Program-made: the position numbers and the translations under genes
In this document: positions 34,710 to 47,580 of the stretch, piece by piece
Numbering within the stretch: position 1 is the first letter of the stretch
How the letters are laid out: each line of letters opens with the position of its first letter
Notes under the pieces: model-generated
Told to the model about the DNA's origin: nothing
The model's database searches: none
What the model saw: the letters and a program-made list of their open reading frames with translations, nothing else
Assembly: GCA_039621445.1 (NCBI GenBank)
Contig: CP154954.1
Span: 37,433,703-37,497,702 of the forward strand
Source of the DNA: Euglena gracilis
Lineage: Eukaryota
Reading direction: 5' to 3'
DNA: 64,000 nucleotides

Positions 34710-36128
34710 TCGGCACAGCGGGACCAAATCATTCTTGGCGATGCATGCGGTTCCGCGGTCATATTTCTGGAACACCCGCACGATGTTCTCCAGCATCTCC
34801 CGCGTCAGGCAAACATTCTCCAAGTCCTGAACCCACAGTCGGAATAAGAACAAAATGTGCCACAAACAAGAGAAACTGAGATGGTCAAAATCCACATAAT
34901 AAAAGAAACATGCAAAAAAAGTTCTAGTTCCTTCACCTGGTCAACCTCCCGACATACAGACCAAAAACCAGTCAGCGCTCTGAAAACGGGGGGGGGGGTG
35001 CAGTGACTAAGTCATAGGGATGCCAAAGATGACAAATTGCAGTTTCTTAAAAAATATGGGTGAGCAAACCATGAGTGGCAATATATGTCAGGGTTCTGAC
35101 GGACTTGAGGGGTTCCAGCTGAATGAGTGTGAGTCACTGGTTATTAAATTGGGTAGGTGGTTACCAGGCCATTGCTTGAGGACCTGCAGGGTACACTGGC
35201 CAGCCATTTTGTTAGATGCTGGAAATAATGGACTAGCTGGACCCCCCCCCCCAGGGGTCTGCGGGTCCCCCCCAACTTAAAAAAAAAAATCTTCTGGCGG
35301 TTCGTGCTGAGGTGGAAATGAGGTGTTTAATGCTTATTAGCTGATTCTATTCCAAAAAAAATCCAAAAAATGGGCTTTTTGGGCCTTTGGGGGGGTTCTT
35401 TCAGCGCTTCAAAAACGGTGAAAAAACTTTCCCACTAATCAGCCCTGCTAGCGGACCCCACCCCCAAGGGGTCCACAAGAATCAGGGTTCGATATAAGGA
35501 CAGGTGGGGGGGGGGTGGTCCGGACCCCCCCCCCCTGCGGGCCAGGAGGGGGGGGGGTGGGGGGGACACCCCCCCACCTAAACAGGTGCGCGGTCAGGGT
35601 GGCCGAAAATTTTTGACCCCCCAAAACGACCAAAAGTGCCATTTTGGGCACTTTTTGGGCAAAAATGTGCCAAAAATGCAAAAAAAATTTCGGCGCAAAG
35701 CGCCGGAGGAAAAAATTGACCCTTTTTGGGGGGGTCAATTTTTGCCCCCGAGGGTCGGTCCGGACCCCCCTTGCAGGTGGGGGGGGGTCCGGACCCCCCC
35801 CTGCGGGCCAGGGGGGGGGGGGGTGGGGGGACACCCCCCCCACCTAAACCATGTACGCCCTCCTTATATCGAACCCTGACAAGAATTCCCATAAACCAAA
35901 TTTGGGATGGCAGCAATCCGACCCCCCCCCAGGAGCTGGTGGTTACTCATATTCAAAAGAAATCCTATACAATGAATGTGCCCCTTCGGCTGGTTCATTG
36001 GATCCAAAATGCAAAACAAACCCAGGGGGATGCCTAAAAAGCGGTGCGGCACTGCTGGGGCACCGCTTGACGCCGCTTGGCGACAAACTGCTGCAACTTC
36101 AGCTGCAAGAGGGTTCTCATCACTGAAG
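34710..36128 (-). CDS. Internal exons of an unidentified spliced gene, possibly EF-hand-like (36064-36128, 34937-34979, 34710-34826)
   Basis: AG/GT-bounded stop-free segments. 34937-34979 joins 34710-34826 in phase (ALTGFWSVCREVDQ|DLENVCLTREMLENIVRVFQKYDRGTACIAKNDLVPLCR). 36064-36128 (SVMRTLLQLKLQQFVAKRRQA) would need an intervening exon that I did not find. Confidence 0.4.
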
Positions 36129-37959
36129 CTGTCACAGGGTCAATCACATTCGTTGGCAGTCAAACTGGCCAGCGAGCATTGGTGTGCCACTTCAGAAGGA
36201 GGATGGCTGGGGGAATCCCAAATGCAATGTGTAAAGTCTGGCAAGAAAGTGCTTGGAACTCTTCTGTACGAAAGAGCGCAACCAAAAGTGGGGACTTAAA
36301 GTTGACTGCACTTTGCAGTTTTAGTTATTGGCACCGGTCTGTTTGGCCTTGGGCTTGTATTATTGGGAACCCTTTGGGGTGGGGTAGCATGGTGTATAAA
36401 TTTTTATTTATTAGGGTTTTTAAAACCCCTCCCTCCCAATGACCTTGAACATCGACTGGGAAACTGTTGTGGAGAGGTCTTTCTTCCTCGTTTGTGGCTT
36501 TTGAAAAACTAGCCAGGTGAGGGTCGCTCTAACAAACGGCAATTCAACAGAAAGCTGAAGAATATCCCACATCTCTACACGTAAAATGTGCAGATGTCTC
36601 AGAACTTCCCAATTGCAAAGTCATCAGTCGGATAACTCAAAAATGGATGGGAAAACATGTTGCATTGGGGACAATCAAAATTTTGTTGAATTAATTTTTC
36701 CCTGAATATCAACTGCAGAGCATCTTCTTTGGAGGAGTTTAATCGCTTGGGAAGCCTGCCGAGAAACAGGGTGGTCGTTAATAATAATAATAATAAAATC
36801 CCCAAAAATGATAAAAAAAACAAGCAACGTACAGCAAAAACCCCAAAAATGCAGGCAAATCTGCATCCTCCGCCATGCTCACCTGCAGGGCTGCACAGGA
36901 AGGCCTGGTGTGAGGGGGTGGTCGACCCCCTCCACCCCTCCACCCGGGAGGTGGGGGGTTGACGCCCCCACCACAAAATTCCTTCGGCACCGTTGGCACC
37001 GAAAGGAAAGTCTGACCCAAAAATTGGCGCCGGAAATACGGGAAGGCATGGTGGGGGGTCCCCCCACCCACCAGGATGCACCCATCACAATAGGGTTGCG
37101 GGGATTCCCGCAAAGCCCTGACCACCAGAGGTAGGGTTTCGGCATTAAAAAAATGTGTTGTGAAAAAAAGATGTTTTCTCTTCTGCCATGACAACATCCA
37201 ATGCAAAAAGAGCATCCCTCCAAGGAAAAGAAATACGGGTGGCAATGCAACGGAGGTGCGTGGTAATGATCTGAAAAAAGCATCAAGCTTTTTTTAAAGG
37301 GCCAATCAAATTTTTGCAACCATGTTCGCACAAAACCGCCCATACAGGATGCATAATGACCACCTCCCTGGTTGGAAAAATCAGTCAACTAATTGAGCAC
37401 CTGCCGAACACACTGTGGAGGGAGAGTTGCTCAATTCACCATCAATGAAAAATGCTGGGAAAAAACAGCTGAGGAACATTTGCACGCGCCATCATCAACA
37501 GCCAGTTTGGCAGCCAACAGACTTTCCTTGGGGTGCGTTGCTCCTTCGGCCTGAAAAGGAACAAAATGAATCGCAGCAAAATGTGAAGTCCCGGTACACT
37601 CTGAACAGATCTCACCCAACGCTGGCCTCGGATGATCACATTTGTAACTGAATTCCCCAAAATCATATTTCACCAAAATATATTCGTCCTGTCAACTTTG
37701 GCCTCGTTCCCACTTTAATCTCGAACATCCTTGAGAACCATCGCCCACATGTCCAGGCCAGAAGTTGGAAAGGGCAACCCCCAACTGATATCCCCCGGTG
37801 ATATGTTTGGACAACCCAACCCCGGGGGCGATTGGGGGAAATTTGAAAGGAAAATTGGTTGCCAAAAATTTCGGTGGTGTGCGTTCGATAGTCTTGGCAC
37901 TGCTTACACACTTTTCAAGAAGATCAAGCAATGGACGTTGCTTCTGGGTGGGGGCCACA

Positions 37960-37991
37960 CGCCCCCCCCCACCCACCCACCCCCCCCCACT

Positions 37992-38052
<61 letters not shown>

Positions 38053-38080
38053 CCCCCCCCCTCCCCCAACCACCCCCCCC

Positions 38081-38111
<31 letters not shown>

Positions 38112-39640
38112 CCCCCCCCCCCTCCCCCCCCCTACCCTCTCTCCACTTTGGGGTTTTTGGACGAGGACGGTTAGGGGGCATCATGAGAGGGTCTGGGAGT
38201 GGGGGAAAACACCAAAATGTGTTTTTCTCTTCAAGCCTCTTGGCATGGATGTTTTTCACAAACAACTTCCCCTCACCTATTCAATTTGGATACCCAAAGC
38301 AACATTGTTTGAGGGTGGCACTGTTATATCCCATCCACTTGTGTGCAATAAACCCAATGCAGGAATCAACTTTAAGAGAGAAAAAAAACACGTCCCCCCC
38401 CCACCCCCCACCCCCTTTTGCCCGCCCCCCTCCCCAACCCCCCGCCCCCTCCACCCAACCTCCCACCCCCCCCCCCCCCCCCCCCTTGTCACCAACCCCC
38501 CCCCCCCCCCTTTTCTGAAATGTTCATCAAAAGCCATCGGCTGGGGCCGCAAATAACCATTTGGAGGTGGTTCGTATATACGTCCAGCATTGGTGCAAGC
38601 AAAGAAAAGCAAACAAAAACAAACCAACATATGATTTGTCGCATAATGTCAAATATTGACATCAAATGTGCTCACAAAATGTCTGCACCGTGTTTCAACA
38701 GCGCATCTCGCCCCAGCTTACTCTTGTTCCAAATATCTACATCCGTTGCATCAACAATCACCGCCATCTTGTCTGGTGTGTGGCATCTTACAATACCTGC
38801 ACCTTGTAAAGATCTTAATCTTGTCCAGTATCTGCATACCCTGCATCTTCTCCAGCATCTGCATCCGCCCCAGCATCTGCATCTTGTACAACACGGCATC
38901 TTCTCCATTGTCGACATCTTGTCCACCAGTGTCTGCATCTTGAACCAGACGTCAACATCTGCTCTTCTCCCATTGTCGACATCTGTCCCAGTGTCCTGCA
39001 TCCCACGACACGAGACCGACACCCCTGCATCTTGTCCAAATGTCTGCATCTTGTCCAGCACCTGCATCTTCCCCCCCCCCCCCCTCCCCCCCCCCCCCCC
39101 CCCCCCCCCCCCCCACCCACCCCTCCCCCACTTGTTCAACTTCTGCAATCTTGTCCCACATCTTGGGCAGCCCCTCCCCCCCCCCCCCCCCCCCCCCCCT
39201 CCCCCCCCCCCCCCCCCCCCCCACCCCCCCCCCCCCACCCCCCCGCCCCACCCCCCCCCCCCCCCCCTTCCCCCCCCCCCCCCCCCCCCCCCCCCCACAC
39301 CACCCCCCCCCCCCCCCCCCACCCCCCCCCCCCCACCCTCGTGAACCCCCCCAAATAAGGCCATCGGGCAAGCCATTCCTATAGTAAAATGGCCAAAATG
39401 GTCGAAAATGGCCCGAAATGGCCGAATTGATAATTTTTGGCTCTATACCCAATGAATATTTTGGGCTCTAGAGTTGGGGGTCCCCCGCCACCCCCCCCCC
39501 CCCCCCCCCACCCCCCACCCCCCCCTCGCCCCCACCCCACCCCCCCCCCTCCACCCCCCCCGCTACCCCCCACCCCCACCCCCCCCCCCCCCCCACGCCT
39601 CCCACCCCCCTTCCCACCCCCCCTATCCTCCCCCCCACCA
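37960..39640. repeat. Very long poly-C tracts flanking an 18-bp minisatellite (TCTGCATCTTGTCCAGCA-like, about 38820-39070)
   Basis: C tracts over 100 nt at about 37960-38130, 39070-39340 and 39490-39640. Confidence 0.8.
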
Positions 39641-40925
39641 CCAAACCCACAAAAAAAAAAAAAAAAAAAAAATAAAAAGAAATCAACGGTGCAATGCAAC
39701 GAAATGGCCGAAAATGGCCGAAAATGGGCCGAAAATGAGAAAAAAATTGTTGCAATTTTTTTCCCAGTTTTTTTTTTGGCCTTACATTGTCTTTTTTTTC
39801 CCTGAGGGGCAATTTTCCAGTGCGACTGATTCTTGTCTCTGCGCAGCTCTCTTCTTTTGTTATTATGCCTGGCCCTGCAACGCATGCTGCTCAAGAACCA
39901 CCTCCGAAAAGGTTATTTGGGCCAAAGCTGATATTTCGATGGCATTTCAAAAAAAAATTGGTGACAAGGGGCGATGCTGGCAATTTTTTTTAATAATTTG
40001 AAGAATTAAACCCATTTTTTTGGAATAATTTCTAATTTCTGTTCTTCTCTATTTCAAAATTTCTTTTTCTATTGCTTCTTTCTCTAATTTCCTTTCCTTC
40101 TTCTCTTCCTTTCTTTATTCTCAAAATTGCTAATTTTTTTCCTTTTTCTCCACAAATTTCCAATAATACTCCCACGTTGACCATTTTTGGATCACTTTGC
40201 TAATTATGGGGATACTTTGCACTGATTTTGGCAAATATTGGGCTAATTGGGCCAGTCACACCAAAAATTATTCGTCCTGTCACATTTAATGGCATTGCGC
40301 CATTTTTGGTATTTTGGTTATCTTTCACAATTTTGTGGACATTGTTGGCGTTTTTGGGCAAGTTTAGGTTATTGAAGCAATTTTAGGTCATTTTGATTGC
40401 TTTTTGGGGACTTTTGCGGTCAATTTTAGGTTTTTGTGGTCATTTTTTGGGGTTTCTGTGGTCATTTTGCTGGGTTGGGAGCCAGTGGATGCAGTGGTTA
40501 CAGATACAAACCAAATTTGGACTAGCTGCGGTCCACCCCCCAGGGGGAAAACGCAAGATGAAAAAAACCTCACACAAAAAAAAGCAAATTGCAAATAAAA
40601 TTTTTGGACTCCCGGGAACTTTTGGAGCTCCCCCGGGATGTGCAATTTTCCACTGGAGAGAACTTCCTTCCACTGGTGAGGAAATTCATTTTCATCCTTC
40701 ATCATTTTCTAGCCATTTCCAACCATTTTCCCACCACGGTGAAGCTTCAGTGTGGGAAACTGGTGCCAGCGGGAAAACACACAATAAAACACAGTAAGAA
40801 AAAGGCACTTCTAAAAACATCGTGCAACCGTAACTCTTGTCCACCCTGTGTGATCTGCCGTTTCCAGTTTTTCCATCAAAAAGACTGACAATTGAACAAA
40901 GCCGAAAATCAAAATTGAAGCCCAC

Positions 40926-43900
40926 CTGTCTCGCAAGGTTGTGGAACTTCACAAACAGGGGTGTAGCTGTGGGAGGTGTAGTACTCTGTGATGAACCCAA
41001 TCAAGCAGCCTGACCACAGCCCAATCAGAACGCAGGCATAAGCACCCCACCAGTGGCATGGAATTGGCTGGGGGAGAGGAAAAAAATAACCGCACATGAA
41101 TAAAATGAGGCGTTTGTTGGCTAAAATCAATCTATGCAGGGGTGTCGGCTCCCACACAACAAATTATCCAAGACCTGACAAAACCCACAGGCTTGTGCTT
41201 ACCGACCGTGGGGGGGGTGCTATAAGGTGCCCCTAGCAGGCATACCCCCCGGGGAAGGCCTTTTCCGAGCCCCCGGCGCCGGGGTCGGAGGGGGGTGCTT
41301 GCTATGGGCAGGCACCCCCCAAAACCCGACCCCCTCCTGGCTCCCCGGCAGCCCCCACCAACCCACTGTCGAGATCCCTCCAAGGAGGGGTTGGATTGAG
41401 TGAACCTATATCCCCAACTCTGGGGGAAAACTCATTTGCCAACTCCGCACCAGGTGGTTCCATTGGCCTGGAGAGGAGAGCAGTTTGGGCTGGCCAGCCT
41501 TCTCACCTGAACGCCCAATGTGGGAAACAAAAATGCAACCAACAAGCACTGGTGTTACAGTTTTCTCAGCTTCATTTTCAGCTTCACGCTTCCACGTTTA
41601 ATTCCACAACCAAGAGTGGAACAGGCTTGGCCACCTCTGGCAGGATTTCAGAAACCAACCGGAAAGGTGGACCCAGTGGAAGGTGGACCTACCTCTCCCC
41701 CCCCCAAGCCCAATGGACACTAAGGTGACAATCTAGACGGTCCGAAAGGGGGGTGTTCATTGGGCTTGGGGTACGGTTTCTGTGCAGATAAGGTATATGG
41801 TGACAATCCCGACGGCCCGAACACCCCCTGTTCATTGGACAAGGGCATTCATTGGGCAGGGGGGGGGGAGGTAGCCAAAATCAATTTCTCTGTGCAGATG
41901 AAGGATCAAAAATCATGTGTTTCCAATGACTAAATTTTCATTGTCCCATGCCAGCGTTGCTGGGGCTCTTCTCGCTTCAGAGAAATCGGTTCATCAAACA
42001 TCAGAGACTGCAGTTTGAACAAAGTCATCATTCGCACAATCACTAAAGCAGTCACAAACAATTGAGCCTCAGAAAGCATTAATGCCTTCAGTCACATCAG
42101 GTCAGCAAGCCAGGTGTCTCATCCAAGGCCCACCCGAAAGCTGAAAGGGCAGAAACAGCACCACTCCATTGGAGCCCAAACAAGTCATGAAGCCAAATGT
42201 CTCTGGCAGCCAATACTTCATCATGGGCAGTGTCACCCCAGACATCAGCAGGGCCGTGGAAAACAGCTGCACCTTCAACACGGTCTCCACATCCTCCTAC
42301 AAGCAAAGAGGAATGTGACAAACCGCTGCCGCACCCATCACCAAAACCTATCTGAATCAGCGATTTCTGAGGGGAATCAGCGGTTTCTGATGGCTAGCAG
42401 GAAAAAAAGGTGCTGGCTGGACGCCCCATCCCGCAAAGGTGCTCTGGGGCTGGGTCCCCAAAAATGCCCAATAAGACCAAAACCAGATGGGTTGACATTT
42501 TTCAGAGGTGAAGAACCAAACCTCCCTAACAACGCCTCTTTCCAAAATTTTCTGTGCTTTGCGCCAAAATTACTTCGGTCCGCCTTCGCTGGGCTGGCCC
42601 AAACTTTATTTCTGCGGACCCCTGGCAGGGGTGTAGAAAGTGGAGGAGAAAAAAATGCTTCCCCTGCTCCGGACTGTCTCCAAAGTGGCGTGTTCCGCAT
42701 GACCCCCCTCCCGTGACCTGCCAGGGTTCGATATAAGGACAGGTGGGGGGGGTGGTCCGGCCCCCCCCCCCTGCGGGCCAGGAGGGGGGGGGTGGGGGGG
42801 GACACCCCCCCCCACCTAAACAGGTGCGCGGTCAGGGTGGCCAAATTTTCGGCCCGGCGCTTTACGCCGGGCCGAAAATTTTTGACCCCCCAAAACGACC
42901 AAAAGTGCCATTTTGGGCACTTTTTGGGCAAAAATGTGCCAAAAATGCAAAAAATTTTCGGCGCAAAGCGCCGGAGGAAAAAATTGACCCTTTTTGGGGG
43001 GTCAAATTTTACCCCCGAGGGTCGGTCCGGACCCCCCTTGCAGGTGGGGGGGGTGGTCCGGACCCCCCCCTGCGGCCAGGAGGGGGGGGGGGGGGGGGGG
43101 ACACCCCCCCACCTAAACCATGTACGCCCTCCTTATATCAAACCCTGTGACCTGCACCACACCCAAAAACTTACCTTCGGTCACAAATTCGGCAAGCCCC
43201 CCTGAACCATTTGTCACTGTGTGATGTTTACAAGGAGGATCTCTGGGCGTTGAGCCTTGATGACATCCTGGATGAGTTCATAAAATGAAACAACTTGCAG
43301 GTGTCCACTTTCGCTTTGGAAAAATGATTTGTCTGAGTGACATGCTTTGCCCACAGAATGCTCTGATATCATTGGAAAACACACAGCACCAGAAAAAATT
43401 TTTTGGTCTCCCCACCTGGGAAAAAATGTTCCCACACGTATGATCCCTGGGTCCACGGCTGGGAGGTGCTGGCTGGAACTCCCCCCGGGAGGTAGGGCCA
43501 CGGGCTTGAAAACCCCTGATCTGAATCATGCTTGTGTGTACCGACCGGGGGGGAGGGGGGTGGGTGGGTGCTATAGGGTGCCTGCCCCTAGCAGGCACAC
43601 CCCCGGGGGGGTAGGGGTCGGGGGGACCCAGAAAAATTTTATTGAAAATGGCCTTTTCCGGGCCCCCAGCGCCTTCGGCACCGTGGTCGGAGTGCGGTGC
43701 CTGCTATGGGCAGGCACCCCCCAAAAACCTACCCCCCCCCCCGGGGGTCGGACCGGGTGCTATGGGGTGCCTGCCCCTAGCAGCCCCCCCCCCCGTGGGG
43801 TAGCCACCCAACTGAGCACAAGCCTGATCTGAATACAGCTTGAAAGCCTGGTTGGCAACCAGCCTCTTTGCAAGACCCCCGGGGGGGTCCCTCTCTCTTC

Positions 43901-45608
43901 TCCCCCCACCCACCCTGCCCGGCGCGGTACCCCGAGGGAGGGGACGCCCCCAAAAATCAAGCCTGTGAAAAGTGGTCGAACATCCAAAAATTGCCCAAAA
44001 ATGACCCCCTTTGGGGGCCCGAGGTTCGCATATGGGAATAGCCTGGGGGGACCTAGGTCCCCCCCCCCCCCGAGCTGTCCCCCTCGCTGTTCCTATTGGC
44101 CGTAAAGGGTTATGGGACCGGAATAGCTCGGGAGGGGGGAGGGCATGGTATTTTATTATTGAACGCTTTTTTTGGTCAAAAATTTGTCAAAAACGCAAAA
44201 ACACTTACCTTCCCCCCTCAATCTTGTCCCATACCCCGGCTAATGGCCCCGAGCGAGAAATTGGTGATGGACGTCGCTAGCGACCATGGTCACTGGACCG
44301 TCGCCAGCGACCATTGGTGGTCGTAGCGATCAGTCGCCCTAACCACCAATTTTAAGCGCACCCCCCTCTGAAAACGTTGTCAAGCCCTCCAAAACACATT
44401 TCATTCAAACATGAAGGAAAATGACTCGAAATCCACCCAAATGCCTACAAAAACCCCCACCCGGCAAGAAAAGATCGGGTAATATCTTCTTTTTTTGTGC
44501 CAGTTCTGTTCAAGTCGGATTTCGGCCTGTGCCCAGGAACTTTCCTCGGAAAACAGCCAATTTTCCTTGAAAATAGGCCTTTTCTGAGCCCTGTGGCGCA
44601 TTCGGCACCGGAGTGCCTGCTGGGCACTTTTGGCTGAGTGCCCGGGTCGGATTTTTGTACCTTGGGGTGCCTGCCCAGGCACCCCCCCCCCCAGGTGGGC
44701 TCGGCGCCGACTAAAATACAGTGCTCGGCCAAAAGTGGCCAAAAATGAGAGGAATTTGGCCAAATCCTCACATTCTTTCCTTTCAGCCATTTGTGGCTGA
44801 CCCCACCAGAGGGCAAGCAAAAAAACCAGTCATCAGTCAGGGTCGAGTTGGACACACCTTGAGCAACGGTGTGCCCCCCCCTTGGCTTCCCTTGGCAACC
44901 CCCCCCCATTTGAATGGAAGCCACTCAACCCAAAATAACAGCTTGGTTGTCCCAAGATGACCTTCGGACGGCTTCGAATGAATCACTTCGGTTCAAAAAA
45001 AGAACGCCAGTCACTTTGTGAAACTAGCAGTCAACCCAAGCATCGGCCAAAAACGATACTGTTTTCAGCAGCATTTTCTTCAAAAACAGAAATATGTGTC
45101 CTGAAACCGCAGTCCTGACTGTGGCGCACCTTGGTGTAAATTCCTTCTCCGACGCGTCCGAAAAGAGCCACGGAAGAACCACCGGGACCATAACCAGCGA
45201 TACACTCAAACAGCAGCTTAGCCTCTCCAGTTGATGCAGAACCAACATGCTTCTCGAAAAGGTCGAGAAGTCCGAACAGGATGAGGATGGCCAGAGAGCA
45301 CAAGGCGAAACCCATGACACCACCAGCCCTGAAGGCGACGTTGAACGAGTCAGTCCAACCCTGAACAAAAGGAGATGGATGTCATCAGAGCAGGGAAAGC
45401 AACCTTCGGGCCGTTCTGTGTAGCGTTGATAGTTGTACGAGCATTGGTAGGTGGCAACTTGCATGCCCACCCAGCCAGACAAAATCGAAGTGAAACCACC
45501 AACGTTGCTGTCAAAGCACCACCCCACTCAAACTTTGCTCGAGTCTTCGCCGTGAGGACAAGCACCAAGCCAGAGAAGATGACAATGAAAATGGAGCACA
45601 ACGTGTAC
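40926..45608 (-). pseudogene. Fragmentary vacuolar/acidocalcisomal H+-translocating pyrophosphatase (VP1/AVP1 family) pseudogene
   Basis: GT-AG exons 45404-45608 (GGFTSILSGWVGMQVATY/NART, two frameshifts), 45130-45360 (AFRAGGVMGF..GYGPGGSSVALFGRVGEGIYTK), 42165-42296 (VETVLKVQLFSTALLM) and 40926-41067 (GLWSGCLIGFITEYYTSHSYTPV..CETG). I did not find the catalytic DVGADLVGKVE exon or the C-terminal exons. Confidence 0.85.
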
Positions 45609-46003
45609 CTGCACGAAACGGAACAATAATTTCCAATGTCCCATATCGGACATCGAGTTTCCCATATCGGCCATATGTATATAAATATAGATAGATATAT
45701 ATATATATATATAACGTGACCCCCCCTATATGTCACCCACCCCTAATTGTCGCCCCCCCCCTTGGGGGCGACAAGTAGGGGTGGGGTACCCATGGACCCA
45801 TGGACATGTAGGGTGAATTGAGTAACCCCACCCCTAATTGTCACCCACCCCTAATTGTCGCCGGGGGGGGTCAAAACGCTCCCTGGGGGTGCCATATAGG
45901 GGGGGGGTCACGTTATGTCATGTTATGTTAGGGGGGGTCAAGTCATGGCGTTGTGCCTGCGCCATACATCCTCCACACAGAAAAGTGGGAAGAGGGCAGG
46001 AGG

Positions 46004-46541
46004 CAAGGTTGACGGCTTGTTTTTTTTTGAAACAAAAAAACATGTTTTTTTCAAAAAAAAATGTTTTTTTTTAAAAAAACAAAAAAAACGTCATCGAGGG
46101 TTTGGGGGAAAATTTTTTGCAATTTTTTTTGAAAAAAACTTGGCCGGTGATGCCTAATTTGACAAAATATTGAGGTAGATTCCTAATTTTGAGGCATGAA
46201 TTTTGCAAAATTTAGACTGGTGATGCCTAATTTGGTGTCAAAATACTAATTTTAGGTTGGGGGATTCCTAATTTGGAGCCAAAAAGGATTTCCCCCCAAA
46301 ATTCGTTTTCGGTGATTCCTAATTTGCCCACCGAAAATGTGGTGTTCCCCCGTGACCCCCCCCGTGACCCCCCCCCCGTGACCTGAACCACACCCGAAAA
46401 ATTTTCCTCAAAAAATGGCGGTTTCGCAAGGAAAAAGGTCAATTTTTGCTTTTTCAAAAAAAAACATTTTTTTTGCATTTTTTTTGAAAAAAACATGGTT
46501 TTTTTGTTTTTTTAAAAAAAAACAAAAAAACGTCAACCCTG
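46004..46541. mobile_element. hAT-type MITE inserted in the retroposon copy
   Basis: TIRs CAAGGTTGACG / CGTCAACCCTG; imperfect 8-bp TSD GCAGGAGG; the retroposon sequence resumes on the far side. Confidence 0.7.
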
Positions 46542-46844
46542 GCAAGGAGGCAAGAGCAGCACTGGGGCGCAAGGGTGCAGACCCACCCACGGGAACCACA
46601 CCAACCACACAAGGTGAGTGTATGTCCCTACAGCGCTGGAATTACACCAGAGTTACTCACCCGGCCAGGGGGAGCAACAAAAGAGGACTGGTGTAAGGGG
46701 TCCCTGGCCACTCACCACGCAGCAAACTGGGCCAGAAGCGAAGTTAGCGCCGGCCATTAACAAACAAGAAGCCTTAGTGCAACTAAGGGGGGTCACGTTA
46801 CACATATGTATGTGTATATATATGTATATGTATATGTATATATA

Positions 46845-47580
46845 TAAACCCCCCCAACTAGAAGCCCCCCGGGGTTACTATTAGGTCACTCTGCGGAATA
46901 CCCGAGGGGGGGGCTTCTAATTGGGTACCCTTTGTCTAAAGGAAAAACTTCGGCCGGCGGTCGATCCGGGGATCGAACGGGGTCCAAGTTTAAAAACTTG
47001 CAAGACGCATTTATTCTGGTTTTTGGGGTGGATAGGCCATGTTTCAAGGACGCTAGATATCACTTTTGTTCCCAATGTCGAACTTTTTTCGTGGAGAATT
47101 TTCGAGCTTTTCACCATTTTTCGGAATTTTTTTGTCAAATTTCCCCCCGGCTTTGCCGGGGGGGAGGGGCTGTTATTTGGATTTTTGGCGGCCTGAGGGG
47201 GGGGGCTTCTATTTGGGGGGGTTTGTTATTGGGGGGGTGCTTCTAATTGGGGGGGTTTATATATATAAATATATATATATATGGCAGCTCCCAACTATAG
47301 GACCCCCCAGGGAGGATCCCTATAGTTGGGAGGGGGGGTAAGGATAATTTGTTTAGCGACAATGATGGGCTAGGGTTAGGTGCGCGAGTTAGGCTTAGGG
47401 TTAGGCCTAACTTACAGACGGGTGTTCGGTGTACCAGTTACGCCTAACCAAGCCTAAGTCGCGCACCTAACCCTACTCCATCATTAAGCAACTTAAAGCA
47501 ACGAACTCCACCCCCCCCCCTACTCCCAACTATTCCCCCCTGCTCCCAACAGCCCTATAGTTGGGAGAGCTGCCATATAT
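46845..47580. mobile_element. Two adjacent TA-flanked MITEs within a (TA)n microsatellite (about 46845-47260 and 47281-47576)
   Basis: TIR pairs TAAACCCCCCAA(C/T)TAGAAGC and ATGGCAGCTC..CCAACTATAGG, separated and flanked by TA repeats; the second has TTAGGG-like internal repeats. Confidence 0.7.

Noticed and set aside
37692-40001. Long poly-Pro and poly-Gly ORFs
   Set aside because: They are open in most frames only because of C/G homopolymers and carry no domain signal.
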